Shown piece after piece: positions 10,108-18,575 of a DNA stretch of 64,000 nucleotides. Under the pieces are notes generated by a model, which saw only the letters and a program-made list of their open reading frames with translations, searched no databases and was not told the origin of the DNA. This stretch comes from Bacteroidota bacterium. GTDB taxonomy: Bacteria > Bacteroidota > Ignavibacteria > Kapaibacteriales > Kapaibacteriaceae. A program made the translations under genes and the position numbers. The stretch's first letter is position 1. Every line of letters starts with the position of its first letter. The DNA lies in assembly GCA_018266735.1 (NCBI GenBank), contig JAFDZT010000004.1, positions 887,728-951,727 on the forward strand, written 5' to 3'.

Positions 10108-12026
10108 TCCGCCTCTTGATCGCACTTGTTGTTCTCGCCGTACAACCGTCTCTTGCTCAGACGATCATCGATGCGGGCATTGCCGCTGGCGTGAATGCTG
10201 CACGCACCGAGTTCTCACAGTTGCCCGGATTCCCTTCCTGCTGTCCGCTCTACGACGGCGGCACCGGTCTTGCGCTTGGACTCAATGCCGGTGTAGAGGT
10301 CGACATTGGCAGATCGTGGTACGTGGGATCTCGCATCGGTGTGTGGTCGCGTGATCACACGTTGGCGATGGATGAGTATGCCAACGTGATCGTTGGTGAT
10401 GTTCTCACGACGGCCACGATCACGCATACTATCGATGTGCAACTGACGGAGATCCTTGGTGAGTTCCGGTTGGGTAAACGCCTTGGTCGATTTCTGTTGT
10501 CAACCGGGGTCGGCGTTGGCTCCATGGGTCGCTCGTCACTCTCCGCAGAAGAACGTCTTGTTGATCCAAACGGAGCAACATTCACAGACACACAAACCAA
10601 TGTCCGCAACCAACGACGCGGCGAGATCCCCGATCAACGATCTGTTGGCATCTATGCGTTGTTGTCGGCAGGTCTCGACGTCCCGCTGTCAGCGCATTCC
10701 CCATGGAGCCTCTCTCCCGAGGTCGGCATGCAGATCGGCCTTCGGTCGATCACAACGGCAGTACCGTGGGATCTCTTGATACCTTCATTCCGCCTATCGG
10801 TGCGATACGCGTTCAACAAAACACCCGTCGAGACCCCCGATTCGGCTGCGTTCGTGTTCACCCCAACACAACGTCAGTCCGAGCTTCTCGACGCACCACA
10901 GAACATCGTGGGCGTCTCGCTCGATGTTGATGTGCGCAAGAAGATCACGATCGAGGAGACGGAACGAGAGCGCTTCATTCCGATCCTTCCTTTTCTCTTT
11001 TTCGAACGCAACGGCGACACGCTCCCTGCGAGGTATCATCGTCGTGCGTCATCGGATCCTGCTACGGTGGACGAGTCGTCAACGGACTTTCATCATCGCC
11101 TGATCACGGTGCTCGCTGAACGGCTCATGCAAGAGCCAAGTGCAACGATCGTGCTCACCGGAACATTATGCAATGGAGAGACGGACGTCGACCTTGCACG
11201 TCGACGTGCAGAACATGTTCGCATGGTCCTTGTCCAGAACTACGGCATCAACAAGCAGCGCATCATTGTCTCGACCCGACGCGAAGCCTCGCAACCAACC
11301 ATCGGCTCCGGCGACGAATCCTTCTACGCCGATGAGGAGAACCGTCGTGTGGAAGTGACAACGGCATCGCCCTCGTTATTGCTTCCGTATGCCGTTCGCG
11401 ATACGCTCCTCTCCATGTCTCCGCCCGTGATGCGCATCGCAGCCACAACGCCGGACAATGCGCTGCTGGAGGAATGGTCCGTGAACGTCGGCACGACCAC
11501 GGTGGGATCGTCCGATGGACCACTACGTCGAACGCTCACCTATGCTCCGTCTCAGAGCGATCTTCGAACCCTCGTAACAACTGATTCGACATCGGTGATC
11601 ATCTCCGGCAGTCATCATGGCTCATTCGTTGCCGACAGTGTGCGACTCGACGTCGCTCCGATCAGACTCTTCGAGAAACGTCGTCGCATTGAGAACGACA
11701 GTATCGTCGAAGACTTCGAGTTGATCGTCTTTCCGTTCAACAGCGCCGAGATCACCGACATGCATGAGCGCGTCCTCGCTCTTGTTCGCGAACGCATCGG
11801 CGCGCAAGCGCGGGTCGTCGTCCTCGGGACCACCGACATCCTCGGTTCCGCGTCCGCGAACATGACATTGAGCACGGAGCGTGCTCGCGCGGTCGCAACA
11901 CAGCTGCGCGGCAATGTGACCTATAACGGATCCGGAGAGCCCTCGGCGGATGTCGAGCAGAACCTCCCCGAGCAACGAATGCTCCGTCGCTCTGTTCGAA
12001 TTCGCGCCTACGTTCCGATCAGGTAA
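10104..12026 (+). CDS. Outer-membrane protein with N-terminal beta-barrel-like region and two OmpA-like C-terminal domains
   Basis: 640 aa. Signal peptide MIRLLIALVVLAVQPSLAQ. OmpA-like segments (DLARRRAEHVRMVLVQNYGI...ENRRVEV; LSTERARAVATQLRG...RRSVRIRAY). Start overlaps the upstream stop (ATGA). Confidence 0.7.
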   Translation: MIRLLIALVVLAVQPSLAQTIIDAGIAAGVNAARTEFSQLPGFPSCCPLYDGGTGLALGLNAGVEVDIGRSWYVGSRIGVWSRDHTLAMDEYANVIVGDVLTTATITHTIDVQLTEILGEFRLGKRLGRFLLSTGVGVGSMGRSSLSAEERLVDPNGATFTDTQTNVRNQRRGEIPDQRSVGIYALLSAGLDVPLSAHSPWSLSPEVGMQIGLRSITTAVPWDLLIPSFRLSVRYAFNKTPVETPDSAAFVFTPTQRQSELLDAPQNIVGVSLDVDVRKKITIEETERERFIPILPFLFFERNGDTLPARYHRRASSDPATVDESSTDFHHRLITVLAERLMQEPSATIVLTGTLCNGETDVDLARRRAEHVRMVLVQNYGINKQRIIVSTRREASQPTIGSGDESFYADEENRRVEVTTASPSLLLPYAVRDTLLSMSPPVMRIAATTPDNALLEEWSVNVGTTTVGSSDGPLRRTLTYAPSQSDLRTLVTTDSTSVIISGSHHGSFVADSVRLDVAPIRLFEKRRRIENDSIVEDFELIVFPFNSAEITDMHERVLALVRERIGAQARVVVLGTTDILGSASANMTLSTERARAVATQLRGNVTYNGSGEPSADVEQNLPEQRMLRRSVRIRAYVPIR

Positions 12027-12028
12027 GG

Positions 12029-12748
12029 CTATATGTGAAAGAGGACGGCGAAGGACAATGTCAACCTCGTTGGAGGGAGGTCGCTCGTGATGATGTTGTA
12101 GCTGGGTCCAAACTGACCGAATTCATACCCGGCCATGAACACCGATGTGAAGTCGTGCTGCAGCCGTAGCTCACTACGGATCTTCAAACCCTCTGCCAAC
12201 GTGAGATCAAGAGCGGCCATGGCCGTTGCTCCGATGATAGGGTCATCATCGAAGGACGTGGTGCCCGACGTTGTGACCTGTGCGCTCTTCCCGGCATCGC
12301 TACCTTCGACGACCGTGACCACGCCATTCACGTCGTTGGTGGTAGAGTAGCGAAATCCAAGGTGTGGCCCAATGCCGAACATGGTGGAGACCTTGGGGTT
12401 GTAGACCCTCCTCGAGGTGACGAGAAGAGGCAGATCCAGCATCGTTGCGACCGTCCGTGCACTGCCGACAAACGTCCCTAGTTGGCCCAGTACCATCATT
12501 GGCACATTCACGTTCTGGGTCAACGACGATGTTCGAAATCCCGGGTCGAACTGCAGTCCGATCTTCGCATTGAACGAGCCCCCGGCCGTCAGGCCATAGG
12601 CATACCCAAGACCATTGCTTGAACTTTCCACCGGTCCGGTCTGGTGTCCTTTCTGAAGTACCACGCCGGCTCCACCGCGCACGCCAACGTAGCCACTTGT
12701 ACACCCGATCACAGACCCCACAAGCAAAGCACTCACGGCCAGTCGCAT
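12029..12748 (-). CDS. Putative outer-membrane beta-barrel lipoprotein
   Basis: Track ORF 12029..12787. ATG 12748 gives MRLAVSALLVGSVIGCTSG (lipobox). The sequence has an alternating Gly/aromatic beta-strand-like composition. Confidence 0.55.
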   Translation of the reverse strand: MRLAVSALLVGSVIGCTSGYVGVRGGAGVVLQKGHQTGPVESSSNGLGYAYGLTAGGSFNAKIGLQFDPGFRTSSLTQNVNVPMMVLGQLGTFVGSARTVATMLDLPLLVTSRRVYNPKVSTMFGIGPHLGFRYSTTNDVNGVVTVVEGSDAGKSAQVTTSGTTSFDDDPIIGATAMAALDLTLAEGLKIRSELRLQHDFTSVFMAGYEFGQFGPSYNIITSDLPPTRLTLSFAVLFHI

Positions 12749-12848
12749 GAACGCTCTGCTGCACCCTCCTGCGCAACCCTGCCTCATCGTATCGATCTCT
12801 TGTATTCGTTCAACAACTATCGTTCAGATCGAGAAAATACGCGTAAAC

Positions 12849-14054
12849 ATGACATCTGTCATTGCGCCCACCCGCCCATTTGATGAGATTACGGCGTACC
12901 AATCAGGAGTAGTCGATATGAATGCCACGATGAATCCCCTCGTTAGCCAACTCCTCGGTGTTGACTCCAAGCCCTGCCTGAGCCTCTATTTGACCACACA
13001 CCGAACACAGCCCGAACGCCGCGACGACCCCACGCATTTCCGCGTCCTCGTGCGCACGCTGGCCGATTCGCTCGAAAGCGCCTACACGCCGGCACAAGTG
13101 TCCTCGATCATGGAGCCGTTCAACGCACTGGCAAAGGATGAGACGTTCTGGAATCAACGCAAAGAAGGGATCGCCCTTTTTCGTACGCCGGACACGTTCG
13201 TCGCCCAGCATCTCGACCGTCCGGTCCCCGATCTCGCCATTGTGGCCAATTCATTCCATCTGAAACCACTGTTACGATTACTCCAAACCACGGATCGGTA
13301 TCATGTGCTGACGCTCACGAGCGAGCGCGTTCGGTTGTATGTGGGCGACCGCGACGGGTTGAGCGAAGTGGACCTCGGGCCGAACGTGCCGCTCACGATC
13401 GACGACGTGTTGGGTCGCGAACTCGGCGAACGCCACTTCACGCGCTCGAACGCAGGCAACACACCTCGGTCCGTTCCCCACTCCACGATCCACGATGAAG
13501 AGGAACTCGACCTCGAACGCTTCTTCCGCATCATCGATCGGTCCATCATGCTTCACGCCTCGCAGCCTTCTGGCCTTCCCGTCATCCTTGTGGGATTGCC
13601 CGAGCAGGTGAGCACATTCATGCGCGTGCGGCACAACCCCAACGTGTTGCTGGAATCCGTGGGCACGTATCCCGAGAGCTTGGGCATGAAGGAACTCGTC
13701 GAGCGTTCATGGTCCATCATGGAACCCTACGTGCAACGTCATAGCAAGGCCTTGATCGAGAACTACCACGAGCATGCGGCCCATGCGCGTGGCATGGAAC
13801 GCATCGATGAGATCGCATCGGCGGCCTTCGCCGGTCGGGTCGACACGCTCATGGTCGAAGCGAACAGACAAGTACCCGGTTCACTCGACCATGCACATGA
13901 ACGCGTGGTGTTCGACGACATCGCACAGCCGGACATTAACGACGTGCTCGACGAACTGGCCATGCTCGTGCTGCGGAAAGGTGGCAAGGTGCTCGTGTTG
14001 CCAACAGAGCACATGCCCACCACGTCGGCCGCTGCGGCCATTCTTCGTTATTGA
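12849..14054 (+). CDS. eRF1/Pelota-like protein (bacterial archaeo-eukaryotic release factor, baeRF-type)
   Basis: Track ORF 12747..14054. The ATG at 12849 (or 12918) avoids overlap with the convergent gene. The N-terminal pattern PCLSLYLTTHRTQPERRDDPTHFRVLVRTL matches my memory of baeRF3-like proteins (P-V-S-x-Y-x-P-T-H-R...). No search was run. Confidence 0.5.
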   Translation: MTSVIAPTRPFDEITAYQSGVVDMNATMNPLVSQLLGVDSKPCLSLYLTTHRTQPERRDDPTHFRVLVRTLADSLESAYTPAQVSSIMEPFNALAKDETFWNQRKEGIALFRTPDTFVAQHLDRPVPDLAIVANSFHLKPLLRLLQTTDRYHVLTLTSERVRLYVGDRDGLSEVDLGPNVPLTIDDVLGRELGERHFTRSNAGNTPRSVPHSTIHDEEELDLERFFRIIDRSIMLHASQPSGLPVILVGLPEQVSTFMRVRHNPNVLLESVGTYPESLGMKELVERSWSIMEPYVQRHSKALIENYHEHAAHARGMERIDEIASAAFAGRVDTLMVEANRQVPGSLDHAHERVVFDDIAQPDINDVLDELAMLVLRKGGKVLVLPTEHMPTTSAAAAILRY

Positions 14055-14090
14055 ACACCTTCTGTTTCACACTTTCATAGAGGTTTCGTC

Positions 14091-14570
14091 ATGAGATCGG
14101 TCTTCGTGATCCTCGCCCTATGCATCGTTGCGCTGAGCGGCTGCTCATCGAGCGATAGCAACACCAACCCTTCGACACCGACCTATTACCTGACCGCAAA
14201 GATCGATGGCACTGCGTTCGAATCGACCTCCGGCGTCGCCGTTGGCGTGTTCACCCGCGGATCGCTCACGGTATCGGGCAGCGCCATGGTGAACGGTACA
14301 CAACGACAGATAAGTCTCGTATTCGGCGGTGCTGCCGCCGGCAAAACGTATAACATGGCCGACGATGGAGAGAGCGGCGCAACACTCATGATGAGCGCAA
14401 CCATCGGCGACTCCTACTTTGCCGGCAATGGCGTCGGCACCGGCTCGATCACCATCACTTCCATGTCGGGCGGTGAAGCCGCCGGTACCTTCTCCTTCGT
14501 CTGCAGCAATGGCACGTCGACAAAGAGCGTGACGGATGGGAAGTTCAGGGTGAAGTACACTACTATTTGA
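14091..14570 (+). CDS. Hypothetical lipoprotein
   Basis: 159 aa. Lipobox: MRSVFVILALCIVALSGCSS. The stop is immediately followed by a heptamer array. Confidence 0.6.
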   Translation: MRSVFVILALCIVALSGCSSSDSNTNPSTPTYYLTAKIDGTAFESTSGVAVGVFTRGSLTVSGSAMVNGTQRQISLVFGGAAAGKTYNMADDGESGATLMMSATIGDSYFAGNGVGTGSITITSMSGGEAAGTFSFVCSNGTSTKSVTDGKFRVKYTTI

Positions 14571-14622
14571 GTTACGAGTTACAAGTTACAAGTGACAAGT
14601 GACAAGTGACGAGTGACGAGTG
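14571..14622 (+). repeat. Heptamer tandem array GT[G/T]AC[A/G]A, about 7.4 units
   Basis: gttacga gttacaa gttacaa gtgacaa gtgacaa gtgacga gtgacga gtg read directly. It fills the gap between two convergent stops. Confidence 0.95.
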
Positions 14623-14624
14623 CC

Positions 14625-15008
14625 TCACGTACGCTTTCGGAGCTTCCGCTCCACTGTACGGACGGAGGCACTCGTCATATAGATGATGTCGTTCGTGAGC
14701 GCTCTGCAAATGTCGAGTTGATGCCTCGATTCAGAAGAGAGTTCTCCATCGAGAAGATCGAGCCAGTACAGCGTCTCTGACGCTTCCTTCCGAGCGATCT
14801 TGAGCTTGTGAATGAAATCGCTGGTACTCTCTGCATACCACGCCTCTCGGTAGTTCGCTCCAACCGATGCTCCCGAACGCATGAGTTGACGGAGAAGGTC
14901 GCGGTCTGCATCTACCCTCCAGACGTCATGAACGAATGCACGGATATGTACAGCCAACTGCTGCGTCTTGGCGTAGAGCGGTGAACTCTGTGGGTCTCGC
15001 TTCGTCAT
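14625..15008 (-). CDS. Four-helix-bundle protein (23S rRNA intervening-sequence protein / bAvd-like family)
   Basis: Track ORF 14625..15044. ATG 15008 gives MTKRDPQ... LRQLMRSGASVGANYREAWYAESTSDFIHKLKIARKEASETLYWLDLL is the typical signature of this family. Confidence 0.85.
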   Translation of the reverse strand: MTKRDPQSSPLYAKTQQLAVHIRAFVHDVWRVDADRDLLRQLMRSGASVGANYREAWYAESTSDFIHKLKIARKEASETLYWLDLLDGELSSESRHQLDICRALTNDIIYMTSASVRTVERKLRKRT

Positions 15009-15041
15009 ACCCCTGTAGTACCCACATATCCCATTCTGTGA

Positions 15042-15105
15042 CACTCGTCACTTGTCACTTGTCACTCGTAACTCAACTCGTCACTCGTAACTCGTAACTC
15101 GTAAC
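15042..15105 (-). repeat. Heptamer array, reverse-complement orientation, about 9 units
   Basis: cactcgt cacttgt cacttgt cactcgt aactcaa ctcgtca ctcgtaa ctcgtaa ctcgtaa read directly. Inverted relative to 14571-14622. Confidence 0.95.
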
Positions 15106-15116
15106 TAAATTCGTCT

Positions 15117-17123
15117 ATGCTTCACGTCGAACTCTCCCTCCAAGCCGAAGAGGCGATACGCAGATCCGATCGGTCGCTCCTGCTGGCGGCGATCAAGGGG
15201 GCAGAGCGTGCAGTAGAGCAACTTCCCAACGAGCATGGTGCTGCATTGCGTGCCAGCGTGGCCTTTTGGCGCGGCTATGAACACTACCTTGCCGCCAAGT
15301 TCCATGATGCATTGCGGCATCTCGAACAGGCAAGTGCGCTCCTCGAAGCATCAGAGCAGCTCGTGCTTCAAGCGCGGGCCATCACATGCATGGGTGCCTG
15401 CCATCAGTTCATGGGCAGCTTCGACGCGGCTGCCGCGTATATGCGTCAGGCCTTGGCCATGCACGAGCGTGCGAACAACAAGCGTGGCATCGCTACGAAT
15501 ACGGGGAACCTTGGCAATCTGCTCGTTGTGGCCGGACAGTATGAAGAGGCACTTCAGTGCTTCACATCGGCCTTGAGCGTCCACCAAGAGATCGAAGACC
15601 GCGATGGCGTTGCCCGCACCCTCGGCAACATCGGCAACCTCTACAAGGAGACGGAGAACTATACCGAGGCCATGCGCTATTATGAAGAGGCACTGGCCCT
15701 CTATCATGAACTCGAAGATCCTGCAGGGATCGGAAGGGTGGTAGGGAGCATCGGCGGCACATACCTTGCGCTAGGAAAGTACCCCGAGTCGCTCGAGGCC
15801 TATCAGAAGGCCTTGACGCAGTTCGAGGAACTGGGTGATCGACGTCGCATCGCTCGCACCACCACGAACATTGGCATCATCTATAAACAGTTGCACGACT
15901 ACCACACCTGTCAGCAACTCTTTGCCGAAGCGTTGGACATGTTCGAGAAGATCGCCGATCAAGAGGCCATCGCTCACGTGTCCGGCAACATCGGTGAATG
16001 CTATCTCGAACAGAACGAGTACGACGAAGCCTACACCTGGCTCACACGCGCCATTGAACAAACACGGCGTGTTGGGAACCGTCGCGATGAGTCGCACTTC
16101 GTGGCAAACGTGATCGAGGTCTGTTTGAAGCTCGGTCGCATCGACGAAGCACGAACGCTGCTTGAAGAGAACGAACATCTCACAACCGACATCCCAACCA
16201 TCCGCGTGAGCTTCCTGCAATGGCACGCTGCCCTTGCCGCCCTTGATGGCAACAAGTACCATCAACACGAATTGCTCGAACAAGCGCTGGAGATCGCCGA
16301 TCGGTATCTACTGAGCGCGAAGCAGATGGACCTGCATCGTGCGCTCCGCGATCTCTATCGCGAGCGTGGTGATCTACAGGCCTACATCCGGCACGACGAT
16401 CACTACGAGAAGCTCCTCATCGCCATGCAGGGGGAGATGCAGCAGCGCCGACTTGCCGTTGCCATGGTCGAGCGAAAGATCTCGCAAGAGCGTCGCGAGT
16501 CGGAACGTCAGCGCGCCCTGCTCCACAACACGTTGCCTGCGCATATCGCAGAGCGACTGCTCAAGGACGAATCCACGGTGGCAGATCTGCATGAGAACGT
16601 GGGCATCCTCTTTCTCGATATCGTGGCCTTCACGTCGGTGGCATCCGACATGGAGCCTCGCCACCTTGTCGACCTTCTCAATGGGGTGTTCTCGATCTGC
16701 GACGATATCGCACAGCAGTACGCTCTTACGAAGATCAAGACCATTGGCGATGCCTACTTGGCCGTGAGCGGCCTGTCCGACGCATCACAACACCACGTGA
16801 GCAGCCTTGCCCATGCGGCTGTCGATATCCAGCGTCGACTGCAGAGACAGGACCTTGTGGTCCGTATCGGCCTTCACTGCGGTCCGGTGATCGCCGGCGT
16901 GATCGGCAAGGAGCGCCTGCAGTACGACATTTGGGGCGATGCCGTGAATGTGGCCGCCCGAATGGAGCAGACGTGCGAACCGGGACGCATTCAGTGCAGT
17001 GAGGCAATGGCCGAGCAGTTGCTGCATGCGGATGCCGGATCAGCACTCAACGTGCAACTCCGCGGTGAAATGGAGATCAAGGGCAAGGGCCGGATGCGCA
17101 CATACTGGCTCGAAATGGCCTAG
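15117..17123 (+). CDS. TPR-repeat protein with C-terminal class III adenylate/guanylate cyclase domain (paralog 1)
   Basis: 668 aa. TPR-like GNLGNLL/GNIGNLY repeats and a coiled coil (ERRESERQRALLHNTLPAHIAERL). Cyclase motifs FLDIVAFTS, KIKTIGDAYLAVSG, GLHCGPVIAGVIG, YDIWGDAVNVAARME. Confidence 0.9.
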   Translation: MLHVELSLQAEEAIRRSDRSLLLAAIKGAERAVEQLPNEHGAALRASVAFWRGYEHYLAAKFHDALRHLEQASALLEASEQLVLQARAITCMGACHQFMGSFDAAAAYMRQALAMHERANNKRGIATNTGNLGNLLVVAGQYEEALQCFTSALSVHQEIEDRDGVARTLGNIGNLYKETENYTEAMRYYEEALALYHELEDPAGIGRVVGSIGGTYLALGKYPESLEAYQKALTQFEELGDRRRIARTTTNIGIIYKQLHDYHTCQQLFAEALDMFEKIADQEAIAHVSGNIGECYLEQNEYDEAYTWLTRAIEQTRRVGNRRDESHFVANVIEVCLKLGRIDEARTLLEENEHLTTDIPTIRVSFLQWHAALAALDGNKYHQHELLEQALEIADRYLLSAKQMDLHRALRDLYRERGDLQAYIRHDDHYEKLLIAMQGEMQQRRLAVAMVERKISQERRESERQRALLHNTLPAHIAERLLKDESTVADLHENVGILFLDIVAFTSVASDMEPRHLVDLLNGVFSICDDIAQQYALTKIKTIGDAYLAVSGLSDASQHHVSSLAHAAVDIQRRLQRQDLVVRIGLHCGPVIAGVIGKERLQYDIWGDAVNVAARMEQTCEPGRIQCSEAMAEQLLHADAGSALNVQLRGEMEIKGKGRMRTYWLEMA

Positions 17124-17184
17124 AGGATGGCTATGTTCGTAGCTCGTGACACTGACGTCGAACGTATGACGAGGACAGAGACCT

Positions 17185-17655
17185 ATGTCGCAACGCCCAC
17201 TCGAAGAAGACATCAAGAAATGGCACCGTTGGTTCGGTGTGGAGTTCAATAATGAAGCCTGGCGACTGACAGAGTTGCCGTCGCGCACACCGGAGCAAAC
17301 AGAGTCGATGCTCCACCACGCCCATGCAGCGGCCCTGCATTGGTCCACCATCGGCACGGCCGACAATACCGCAAAGGCTTGGGCACTGCTTGCGCAAGCA
17401 CATGCCCTTGCAGGCAATGGCGCCATCGCAACGATGTATGCACAGCAGAACTTCGATCATCTCGCAAAGCGCGAAGCGGCGGACTGGGAGCTGGCCTTTG
17501 CCCACATCATCGTAGCGAATGCCGCACATGCATCCGGAGATCATGCACGGCATGCCGCCTACTATGCCTCTGCCGAAGCACTTGGCAATGCCATCGCCGA
17601 TCCCGAGGATAAAGCGATCTTCCTCCAAACCTTTACCACGGCACCACGTCCATGA
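17185..17655 (+). CDS. Hypothetical helical protein
   Basis: 156 aa with good coding appearance. 4-bp overlap (ATGA) with the downstream MbnP-like gene. I recognise no domain. Confidence 0.6.
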   Translation: MSQRPLEEDIKKWHRWFGVEFNNEAWRLTELPSRTPEQTESMLHHAHAAALHWSTIGTADNTAKAWALLAQAHALAGNGAIATMYAQQNFDHLAKREAADWELAFAHIIVANAAHASGDHARHAAYYASAEALGNAIADPEDKAIFLQTFTTAPRP

Positions 17656-18575
17656 TCACCTTCATCCGTTCCGTTCTTGTCCTTCTCACGATCGCCATTG
17701 CTGCCTCGGCACAAGAGAATCAAGTGTCGTTCACGATCCAAGGTCGGATGGGCGACGCGCCCTTCGTCATCAACACGATGTATCGTACGCTTGCCGACGA
17801 TCTCTACCTCAAGCCCACGTCGTTGCGATACTATCTCTCGCAGATCTCTATCACCCACGATGGTGGCAAGGTGACGCCGTTTCCGAGTCTGTACATCCTT
17901 GTCGACCATTCCGCACCAACGTCGTATCAACTCGGTACGCATCCGATCACGCGTGTGGAGTCCATCACGTTCCATATCGGCGTCGATTCGGCACGCAACC
18001 ATCTCGACCCTGCCACCTATGCGCCCTATCATCCGCTTTCCCCGCAGGATCCGAGCATGCATTGGGGTTGGACGTCGGGCTACAAGTTCATGGCCTACAA
18101 CCTGCTCACCGGCGCCGACACGGCGGCGATGAAGTACGTCACAGAGATCCATGCCCTTGGCGATGCCAACTATCATCGCATCACCGTTGATGTTCCCGTC
18201 GACGCACGCAATGGCAAGGTCTCCATCGATGTGATCGCCAACCTGGCCGAGCTTCTTCGCGGCATCAACGTGAGCAAGAGCCTCTTCGAGCATTCCGATG
18301 AAGGTCCGGCCAAGCTGATGCTGGAGAATGCCGCCCAGCGCGTCTTCTCGGCAGCAACGACCACGTCGGTGTCTGACGCTTCGTTCTCCGAAGATGCATG
18401 GAAGGAGCAAGGCGGCATGGTATCGATCTACGACATGCAGGGCGGACTCATACGTGCAAGCAGTGATGGCGTGCCGTCGATCTTCAATGGTCTGCGCGCC
18501 GGAGTCTACGTCGTGGTCCGTTCAATGGTCGGTCGCACACCGCATCACACCTTGTATCTCCATGATGGTGAGTGA
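17652..18575 (+). CDS. MbnP-like periplasmic (copper-binding family) protein
   Basis: 307 aa. Signal peptide MITFIRSVLVLLTIAIAASAQ. SLRYYLSQISITHDGG, FHIGVDSARNHLDP and MHWGWTSGYKFMAY match my memory of the MbnP family. It is followed by a translationally coupled di-heme peroxidase. Confidence 0.65.
   Translation: MITFIRSVLVLLTIAIAASAQENQVSFTIQGRMGDAPFVINTMYRTLADDLYLKPTSLRYYLSQISITHDGGKVTPFPSLYILVDHSAPTSYQLGTHPITRVESITFHIGVDSARNHLDPATYAPYHPLSPQDPSMHWGWTSGYKFMAYNLLTGADTAAMKYVTEIHALGDANYHRITVDVPVDARNGKVSIDVIANLAELLRGINVSKSLFEHSDEGPAKLMLENAAQRVFSAATTTSVSDASFSEDAWKEQGGMVSIYDMQGGLIRASSDGVPSIFNGLRAGVYVVVRSMVGRTPHHTLYLHDGE

Noticed and set aside
14625-15008. The four-helix-bundle (bAvd-like) gene as part of a diversity-generating retroelement.
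   Set aside because: I could see no reverse transcriptase gene and no template/variable repeat pair anywhere in the window.
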